Positions 17,204 through 23,828 of a stretch of 64,000 nt of DNA are shown one piece after another (position 1 is the first letter of the stretch; every line of letters begins with the position of its first letter). The position numbers were made by a program, and so were the translations under genes. Below the pieces are notes generated by a model that searched no databases, was not told the origin of the DNA, and worked only from the letters and a program-made list of their open reading frames with translations. The DNA is from a virus, in IMG/VR virus record IMGVR_UViG_3300025381_001071; one strand, given 5' to 3'.

Positions 17204-17476
17204 ATGTCACAATTTGAAACACCTAAACTACCAGAAGTTAAATTCAACAAAAACGGTTATGAAATTCGTACAGACATCCTAGCAATGGCCAAAGATATGG
17301 TTCAAAGCGAATACAGTACCAAGTTTGCTGGATGGGAAATGAGCGCCAAGCGTGATGAGAAGACTGGTCAGATCGTTACCACAGTAGGCATGCCTGAGTT
17401 CCCAGGACTAGACAAAGTTCTCGAAACTGCTGAAAAAATGTATGAATTTGTAAATGCCGGAAATACAAAAAAATAA
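17204..17476 (+). CDS. Conserved small hypothetical protein
   Basis: KNGYEIRTDILAMAKD...AEKMYEFV; own promoter and AAGGA SD. Confidence 0.7.
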   Translation: MSQFETPKLPEVKFNKNGYEIRTDILAMAKDMVQSEYSTKFAGWEMSAKRDEKTGQIVTTVGMPEFPGLDKVLETAEKMYEFVNAGNTKK

Positions 17477-17539
17477 TATTAAATAATAAGCGATATAAAG
17501 ATGTCAGGGCATAGCCCTTATAATATGTTCGTAGAAAAA

Positions 17540-17567
17540 GAAAGCCCCTTAACTGGGGCTTTTTTTA
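17540..17567. terminator. Bidirectional Rho-independent terminator between converging units
   Basis: AAAGCCCC-TTAACT-GGGGCTTTTTTT. Confidence 0.85.
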
Positions 17568-18203
17568 TGGTTTAAGTTTACACTTATCAAAGTGATGGTT
17601 AATCATATTAGGTTTACCTCCTATCTTACCGCAATGAGGACAAGTTATTTTTATATTGTTTGGGTTGTTTGATCCTTGAAAGTTATGTGTTCCTTTAGAC
17701 AATCTTTCTATATTAGATTTATGTTGAACTTCTCCCCCGAGGAACGGATGAGTTCCATTCTTTACCTTGTTAAGTTCTTTTTCGCGAGCCCATTCTTTGT
17801 TTAAGAAATGATGGTTATTATTTGCTAATCTAATATTTGCTCGTTGACTTGCTGTTTCACTATTTTGCCAGTTATGGGTGCCTTCGCTTATTCGCTTCTG
17901 ATTTATTTTACGAGCAGTTTCGGGATCATTTCCGTCTCCTGCCTCAGGTTTAAGATTAGCCCACTCACTACTTTCAACTATGTTCCAGAGGTTGCTATAA
18001 TACATTCCCCAGGATTTAGCATCGAATGAATTTTGACATTCTCGAAGTATTTCTGTAGTATAATCTTTACCATGTGTTTCGAGATGGCGTTTCCAGTACA
18101 AACCAGATCCTGTATACTTATGAGGATCTTTTGCTGTAGTTTTGCCGAGATATTTTAACCCAGTTTTATTATGGGTTTTGACATAGAGTTTGTAAATAGT
18201 CAT
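17565..18203 (-). mobile_element. Free-standing GIY-YIG (Seg-like) homing endonuclease
   Basis: IYKLYVKTHNKTGLKYLGKT, Y.GSG.YW, four G.H.F/W repeats, C-terminal CPHCGK. Confidence 0.8.
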
Positions 18204-18279
18204 GCTGATTGTTTCCTTTAAGTTATTACAATTAGAGCTGTCGGATGTTAGCGCATCGCGGACGGCATTTTTATTTATA
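18204..18279 (-). promoter_or_regulatory. Late promoter plus structured 5' leader of the GIY-YIG gene
   Basis: TATAAATA 18272..18279, then GC(C)GTC..GATG-CGCTAA-CATC..GAC(A)GC stem-loop and AAAGGA SD. Confidence 0.55.
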
Positions 18280-18694
18280 TAATTATCGGTTTAGCCGATA
18301 GGTACTCGGGATAGAGTTTATTAAAGTGGCGAAGGACCACACCAGCGATAGCATGTGCCTCATTCTCATGCGGGCTACCAGTACGCCCGCTATCTGCTTC
18401 TAGTTCGTGTTCTGTGTCTTGTTTATAGTGTACAAGTTCGTGAGCAACAGTACGCAGTATATCATTAGGATGACGATTTAGTAAGGCAACATACAGAGTT
18501 TTTTCACTATTTTCGTACTTACCAAAAGTAGGTTGAACATCATCGTGTATATGCGCTTCAAACTTCATAGTAGGCAAAGACTTTAGGCCGATATAGTGCA
18601 TGGCAACAGGCAAGAACTTACGGAACATTTCCATAAAGTTTGTTTTATGATGTTCTAAGCCTTCAATGTCTTCTAATAGTTCTGGAATACGCAT
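18275..18694 (-). CDS. Zincin-like metallopeptidase (HEXXH; IrrE/ImmA-like)
   Basis: LRTVAHELVHYKQ with a downstream E (ENEA). Confidence 0.65.
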   Translation of the reverse strand: MRIPELLEDIEGLEHHKTNFMEMFRKFLPVAMHYIGLKSLPTMKFEAHIHDDVQPTFGKYENSEKTLYVALLNRHPNDILRTVAHELVHYKQDTEHELEADSGRTGSPHENEAHAIAGVVLRHFNKLYPEYLSAKPIII

Positions 18695-18709
18695 TGTGTA
18701 TTTATTAGT

Positions 18710-18800
18710 CCCGCTGACTTTATACGGGGCACACTACGCGGTGCAGTGAAATTTCGCGGACGCCTTTGCCGTGGCTTCCAACGGAACCTAAGGTAGGTGT
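18710..18800 (-). ncRNA. Candidate structured RNA (several GC-rich hairpins, possible pseudoknot)
   Basis: CCG(T)TGG-AAG-CCACGG; CACTGC-ACCGC-GTAGTG; CCCGT-ATAAAGTCA-GCGGG; no ORF; GC-rich in an AT-rich context. Confidence 0.45.
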
Positions 18801-18919
18801 TCTTCAGGATATGGCAATCCTGCCATACCTAATCCAAATCTTACAAGCCCATCATACAGGGCTGTAAGGATTGCGAGGCCTATCGTAGCCATCGTCTTCG
18901 GGATAGACTGGATATTCAT
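18788..18919 (-). CDS. Putative 43 aa hydrophobic small ORF
   Basis: MNIQSIPKTMATIGLAILTALYDGLVRFGLGMAGLPYPEEHLP; overlaps the 24 aa ORF in another frame. Confidence 0.3.
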   Translation of the reverse strand: MNIQSIPKTMATIGLAILTALYDGLVRFGLGMAGLPYPEEHLP

Positions 18920-18926
18920 TCAACAT
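18852..18926 (-). CDS. Putative 24 aa small ORF
   Basis: MLNEYPVYPEDDGYDRPRNPYSPV; TAATG coupling to the upstream mini-ORF. Confidence 0.4.
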   Translation of the reverse strand: MLNEYPVYPEDDGYDRPRNPYSPV

Positions 18927-18999
18927 TACTGTCCAAGATTAAACTTCATACCAGTGGCTTTTTCCACTTCAGTCATTGTGGTTTGATACTTTATTTATA

Positions 19000-19407
19000 T
19001 TAAAATCCGGCGTTGGTTAACCTTGCGGCTATTTCATTTAAGGCTTGACTAATAGTAGTAACTGTTGAATGCCAGTTAGCAGGGACTGCTGGAGTATAAC
19101 TCATTGTAGATGGTTGAGGGGTTCCGTCAACCCATGCGCCTTGATAGTAGATGTACAAACGACCACTGTTACTATCCCACCATAATAAACCATCATGAGG
19201 ATTACTAGGTGCAGATGATCCTGAAAATGTTAATGAGCTACCGCTTAATGGTAATCCACCTGGAGTAACACCGTCGCTGTATTTTAATATAGGCGCGATA
19301 CCTGTGGCAGTGGTCTGTGCGTAGAATAATCGACCTTCTTCACCTACATAGGTGTCGCTGTCAATGTTTAGTGCTCTGCTTGAGTAAACCTTATGTGATA
19401 TAGGCAC
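19000..19407 (-). CDS. Short tail-fibre-like protein
   Basis: YVGEEGRLFY, YSDGVTPGG and APSNPHDGLLWWDSNSGRLYIYY modules shared with the long fibres. Confidence 0.6.
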   Translation of the reverse strand: MPISHKVYSSRALNIDSDTYVGEEGRLFYAQTTATGIAPILKYSDGVTPGGLPLSGSSLTFSGSSAPSNPHDGLLWWDSNSGRLYIYYQGAWVDGTPQPSTMSYTPAVPANWHSTVTTISQALNEIAARLTNAGF

Positions 19408-19417
19408 AGTTTACTCC

Positions 19418-19843
19418 TTAATCATCTACTGGTTCGTCACCAACTAATTCTTGTTTAATAAGTGGGTTTATGCCTGCCATTTTTTTCATACGAGCAAGTT
19501 CGTCGGGTTGTTGCTGTTCTTTAGCATCTTGTTCTTGATCGATTTGATCAAATCCTTGATTAAACTCGTTATCAACATTGACAGATCGTTTCAACAATTC
19601 AATCTTTTGTTGAAGTGGAGGAACCATTGTGGTTTTTTCACTATCATCTGTGTTACTAGGTGTAACTGGTGTTAGTGTACCAGCAGGCACAGGAGCAGAA
19701 GTTTGTGCTACAGGCTGTTGTTGTGGAGCAGGTGTTGTTGGTGGGGTATTATTAATAACAACTACAGATGGTTGTGTTGTTGAACTAGAATCAATCCCAC
19801 CCAATAACTCTGCTAGACCTGCTAATATTTCGCTTGCTCTCAT
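19418..19843 (-). CDS. Hypothetical protein, Pro/Gln/Thr-rich, with MVPPLQQKIELLK motif
   Basis: Late promoter AATAAATA and AGGA SD upstream. Confidence 0.6.
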   Translation of the reverse strand: MRASEILAGLAELLGGIDSSSTTQPSVVVINNTPPTTPAPQQQPVAQTSAPVPAGTLTPVTPSNTDDSEKTTMVPPLQQKIELLKRSVNVDNEFNQGFDQIDQEQDAKEQQQPDELARMKKMAGINPLIKQELVGDEPVDD

Positions 19844-19867
19844 ATTTGTTTCCTGTTTGTATATTTA

Positions 19868-20455
19868 TTAGGTGACGCTGTTTCTTTTACCAAGGAACAT
19901 TTGGCTAATGCGTACACCGTACCAGGTATTTGTATAGGCATTGTCTCCGAAATAGTTAGTAAAAGCATTGCGTAAATCTTGATTACAACTTGTAGCATCA
20001 TATGTTCCAATTGCTACAATCCATCCTGCTGGCATAGCGTGCAGAGCAGTGGCCATTGTTGTGCATAGAGAAGAATTACCGTATGTATCATAACAGTTGA
20101 TACTTTGTATTACACCCGAACCGTTAGCTATTACCATGGTATGACCTCGAGTCATATGGAATCCAACACCGCCACCTACACTATTATCAGTACCGTCAGG
20201 TGCAGTTTGCCAATCGCTGGCTATAATAGTACCGTTAAGTTTGATATAGCTGCCATGAGTCCAAGTTCCGTTAAAATTGGTACAGATACTCTGTACATGT
20301 TGTCCAGATATACTTTGATCAAACGTCATATAGGTGCCGCCGTCAAGCTGGTTCTCAAAGAATCCATAGCGATCAACAGTATTTAGGATATTGATAGCTT
20401 TGGCAACAGTATGATGACTGCCAGTGGGACGAACTATACCTGGTCTTGACCACAT
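19868..20455 (-). CDS. ILEI/PANDER (GG-type lectin) domain protein
   Basis: RGHTMVI...CYDTY...ALHAMPAGWIVAIGTYDA matches the ILEI pattern RG.n.vv...fDT....L...p.G.iv.ia..D. Confidence 0.65.
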   Translation of the reverse strand: MWSRPGIVRPTGSHHTVAKAINILNTVDRYGFFENQLDGGTYMTFDQSISGQHVQSICTNFNGTWTHGSYIKLNGTIIASDWQTAPDGTDNSVGGGVGFHMTRGHTMVIANGSGVIQSINCYDTYGNSSLCTTMATALHAMPAGWIVAIGTYDATSCNQDLRNAFTNYFGDNAYTNTWYGVRISQMFLGKRNSVT

Positions 20456-20461
20456 AGTATA

Positions 20462-20794
20462 TTATAATGGAGCAGGAGTAGATACGGTAGGATTAATCAA
20501 ACTACCAAGTTCGGTAATACTGATCCAACCACTAGAACTTACCTGTAGGTGTGCAATCCGACTACCGTAGGGCACGGTTAAAAATTCAACACCTCCGCCG
20601 GGAATAATCATACTATTAACGGTAGCAGTGGTAGCGGTACTTGCGATAGGTTGAACATAAGTATCATTTTGCACCGCTACACGAACAATGCTGGTAGTTG
20701 AACCAAAAGCGCTAGTATATTGACTACTAGTGTTTGTAGTTTGATTTTGTGTTGTGCCTGGATAAAAAGCACCTTTTTTGACATTTACTGACAT
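20462..20794 (-). CDS. Small beta-rich hypothetical protein (probably virion)
   Basis: 110 aa, Thr/Ser-rich, within the adhesin cluster. Confidence 0.6.
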   Translation of the reverse strand: MSVNVKKGAFYPGTTQNQTTNTSSQYTSAFGSTTSIVRVAVQNDTYVQPIASTATTATVNSMIIPGGGVEFLTVPYGSRIAHLQVSSSGWISITELGSLINPTVSTPAPL

Positions 20795-20799
20795 TGTAG

Positions 20800-21432
20800 T
20801 TATTCCTGAAACAATAAAATATGAGCATTAAAATCTGCTGTTAAGTCAGCATCTAACTCTGCTCCATCTCCCTCGTTTAACATAAAGCCATTACCTGTTA
20901 TTGTGCCTTCCACAACATACAAATACGCATTGTTTGTATTTAGTGTTTGAAGTCCTGTTATCCATCCTGCGTGAATAGTCATATCCTGCTGTAGTGTTAC
21001 TGGTATAATTCCATAGGTATCGGGGTCTTTTTCAATGATTTCATAGTAAGGATTGCTGTCTTTTAAGCTATCTTTAGGTGTAATCCATAGTTGTAGATAC
21101 CTTGCTGGTACTGAGCCCACTGACGCTTCTGTGTGCCATATTGACTTTCCACACCACATATGTTGGATTTGTCCAGGACGGGCTCTTTGTACATTGCCTA
21201 GGCTGTCCTTATGCTCTAGCTCGCCTTCTACAAGATAACCTAGAATGTCAAAGTTGCGGTGTTCATGGTTTGGAACCATGTTGCCGGGTTGTTGTAGATC
21301 ATCGTTGATAACTTTTAGGTCACCCCAGTTCATGTATTTTGGGTCCCAATAACTGTTGTTGCTAAATGTTCTACGGCTCTGTATCCAACCCACATCTAGA
21401 AAACCCCTAGTGTTAGCAGGGCGTATCCGCAT
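20800..21432 (-). CDS. Pirin-family bicupin (YhhW-like)
   Basis: RG..D.GW..SR.TFS, LKVINDD, NHEH, EHKDSLGN and IWHTE metal-ligand motifs; TAATG coupling at 21432. Confidence 0.9.
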   Translation of the reverse strand: MRIRPANTRGFLDVGWIQSRRTFSNNSYWDPKYMNWGDLKVINDDLQQPGNMVPNHEHRNFDILGYLVEGELEHKDSLGNVQRARPGQIQHMWCGKSIWHTEASVGSVPARYLQLWITPKDSLKDSNPYYEIIEKDPDTYGIIPVTLQQDMTIHAGWITGLQTLNTNNAYLYVVEGTITGNGFMLNEGDGAELDADLTADFNAHILLFQE

Positions 21433-22253
21433 TAGCGCACCCAGTACCAAATAATGCCTGGGCTACCTACTCCGGCGTCATTTTGCCACGGTGCTGGACT
21501 AAAACTAGCGTCATAGTCCATTAAAGATCCCCACCACGATCCAGGATCATCGTGTGTTGTAGTAAAAATAGCTTCACCTGCTAAACCCGGACTGTTACCA
21601 GTGTACCAAGGCATCCGCTTTTCTAATCCGTTGTTGTTGTAGTTCCAAGTGCCAAACTTGGTTTTTAGTGTGATGTTTTGACGGAAGCCGTTACCAGTAG
21701 AAATCACAGCATTGAACTCGTCAGTGTTATATTGTGTGCCACCAAAGTACGGGCCGGATCCCTGTGCGGCATAAGCAGTTAGATCAACTTCTCCTGTGAA
21801 ACTATAGGCTTCGTTGGCTGTAAAGATACCACCATTACTGTTACGAGAAACTGCTTCTAACATATAGTCAAAGCCGCTGGCACTACGCTTGATATAATCT
21901 GCCCAACCAATAATACTATAGTTGATACTGCCTAGTGTACTGGGCGGCGATGTAGAGTTTCGTAGTAAAGCAGTGTCGTAACTCCAGTCTGGATTCATAT
22001 TCTGCATAATCAGGGTCCAACCACCACCGTCTGTGGTCATATCAGCATAGATTTGAACTGGGTCTTTACCGTTGAAATTATCGTTTTGTATCCAATATAA
22101 ACCATCTGGGCTAGAGGGATATGCTTGTTTGATAGCATAAGCACTTGTACTAGGATCACTGCTGGTAAGTCCGGTTGGTAGCGGTACTGAGATACCACTA
22201 TTAAGCGTAACACCTGGTCCTATTGAGAATCCTGAATTAAGCGTTAGTCCCAT
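21432..22253 (-). CDS. Fibrinogen C-terminal-like domain virion protein
   Basis: SAYAIKQ...DGLYWI...YADMTTDGGGWTLI. Confidence 0.75.
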   Translation of the reverse strand: MGLTLNSGFSIGPGVTLNSGISVPLPTGLTSSDPSTSAYAIKQAYPSSPDGLYWIQNDNFNGKDPVQIYADMTTDGGGWTLIMQNMNPDWSYDTALLRNSTSPPSTLGSINYSIIGWADYIKRSASGFDYMLEAVSRNSNGGIFTANEAYSFTGEVDLTAYAAQGSGPYFGGTQYNTDEFNAVISTGNGFRQNITLKTKFGTWNYNNNGLEKRMPWYTGNSPGLAGEAIFTTTHDDPGSWWGSLMDYDASFSPAPWQNDAGVGSPGIIWYWVR

Positions 22254-22256
22254 ATG

Positions 22257-23081
22257 TTATACTCCATACCTTGATCTGTAACTGTTAAAGTTATGAGCAA
22301 CTTCCTGATCAGTTAACGCACGATTGTAGCACATGACCACGGGAATATAAGCATCAACAGTATCATGTCCGTCCCAACGACGAGCTACACGATAGCCTAA
22401 TGAACTGCCCAGTGTTGTTGAAGCAACATTGCCAGAAGTTTCCTGTAGGGTACCATTGATATATAATCTTAAATAGGTGCCATCATAAGTACCTACTATG
22501 TTATACCAAGTACCAGCAGTGATAGCATATCCGTTGGTCAACTGCCAAGCGGGTCCATTGCCATCATAATATCCAGCTCGAATATAGTTGTCACTTCCGC
22601 TACCATTGTAGGGTGTTAGGGTCATGTTAACAGTATTGATACCTGGTGCTCCACCCAAATACTCTCCACCAAATATTTGAGGCAATAGACCACTGGGGGG
22701 CCAAGTTACAGCATTGAACCAAGTGTTAACGGTCCATTGTATTATGTTGGTGCCTATATTAGGTAATGCGGCATATTGCCAAGTGGCCGCATTGAATCTG
22801 ATATCACCTTGGCCGTCAGTGGACATTGTTGAACTATCTAAGACATTGCCATTAATAATAGTTCCATTATTGTCTAAAGCACTAGGGTTAGCATAGAAAG
22901 TAGCGTTATTTCCGTGACCGCTTAGGTCATACCAAGTTGATCCTGACCCTGGCCAACTGGCGGCTATACGACTGTCAAGATATAGTAATAGTCCGTCGGC
23001 AATGTATGGAGGTATGGGAGTATTACCCTGTAGAGTAACTCCGTTGCCTATAGTCTGTGCTGATCGTATTGTTATTGACAT
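22257..23081 (-). CDS. LamG/concanavalin A-like lectin domain virion protein
   Basis: GLLLYLD...SWPGSGSTWYDLSG, WYNIVGTYDG..LRLYING, YNRALT. Confidence 0.85.
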   Translation of the reverse strand: MSITIRSAQTIGNGVTLQGNTPIPPYIADGLLLYLDSRIAASWPGSGSTWYDLSGHGNNATFYANPSALDNNGTIINGNVLDSSTMSTDGQGDIRFNAATWQYAALPNIGTNIIQWTVNTWFNAVTWPPSGLLPQIFGGEYLGGAPGINTVNMTLTPYNGSGSDNYIRAGYYDGNGPAWQLTNGYAITAGTWYNIVGTYDGTYLRLYINGTLQETSGNVASTTLGSSLGYRVARRWDGHDTVDAYIPVVMCYNRALTDQEVAHNFNSYRSRYGV

Positions 23082-23825
23082 TTATACTCCGTACCTTCCT
23101 TTTGTATATACATAGTTAGTATAAATTTCTCTGGCAGTTAGCGCACGAGTATAAATCAATGCTTGCCCTATATTGCCATTTAGTCCTTCACCACCACCAG
23201 TATATGTAATACCAACTTGTAGTGTACCGTCGCTGGTGTTTAGTCCTGCCGCTTCTCCACCAGCATACAATATACCATTAACATATATATAACGATTGTA
23301 TCCATCCCAAGTTGCCACTGCATTAAGCCAAGCCGCGGCATTAACATTTGAAGTGGCAGGAAGATCATTGGCCCACCAATAGTTAAGAAAACCATTAGTA
23401 CCATTTGTTCTAAATGCGTTTACATCATTTTGGGATCCAAATGCACTACCAATACTCATAATCCCACCAGTGCCGGGCCAACTGCCCGATGGCCAGCGTA
23501 CCCAAGCACTTAGAGTATAAGGATTTGGTCCTGTTGGGAGATTTGAAGTAGATAGATTGTTAAAATACCCGTCATTGGCCAAAGTAAAATATCCACCGTT
23601 GGATTGTGTATATGTAATATCACCGGCATTGGCTACCTGCATAGTGACATCATTACCTTGACCGCTTAAATCATACCAAGTATTTCCTGTTCCTGGATAA
23701 CTTGCAGGATTATTGGCATCTAGGTATAATGCTAGATTGCCCTGAGCCAGTCTGCCGCCACCATTGAGAGTGGCTGACTTAACACGAACTCCGTGTTTTA
23801 TTATAACGCCTGCTGATAGTGACAT
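23082..23825 (-). CDS. LamG/concanavalin A-like lectin domain virion protein
   Basis: LALYLDA.NPASYPGTGNTWYDLSG, W.NAVATWDG...IYVNG, YTRALT. Confidence 0.85.
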   Translation of the reverse strand: MSLSAGVIIKHGVRVKSATLNGGGRLAQGNLALYLDANNPASYPGTGNTWYDLSGQGNDVTMQVANAGDITYTQSNGGYFTLANDGYFNNLSTSNLPTGPNPYTLSAWVRWPSGSWPGTGGIMSIGSAFGSQNDVNAFRTNGTNGFLNYWWANDLPATSNVNAAAWLNAVATWDGYNRYIYVNGILYAGGEAAGLNTSDGTLQVGITYTGGGEGLNGNIGQALIYTRALTAREIYTNYVYTKGRYGV

Positions 23826-23828
23826 ATA

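Noticed and set aside
18710-18810. c-di-GMP-I riboswitch, hammerhead ribozyme or SRP RNA identity for the structured element
   Set aside because: Only fragments match (ACGGCAAAG, CTGAAGA...CGAAA, GGAAG); the required flanking stems could not be built. It is kept as an unassigned candidate.
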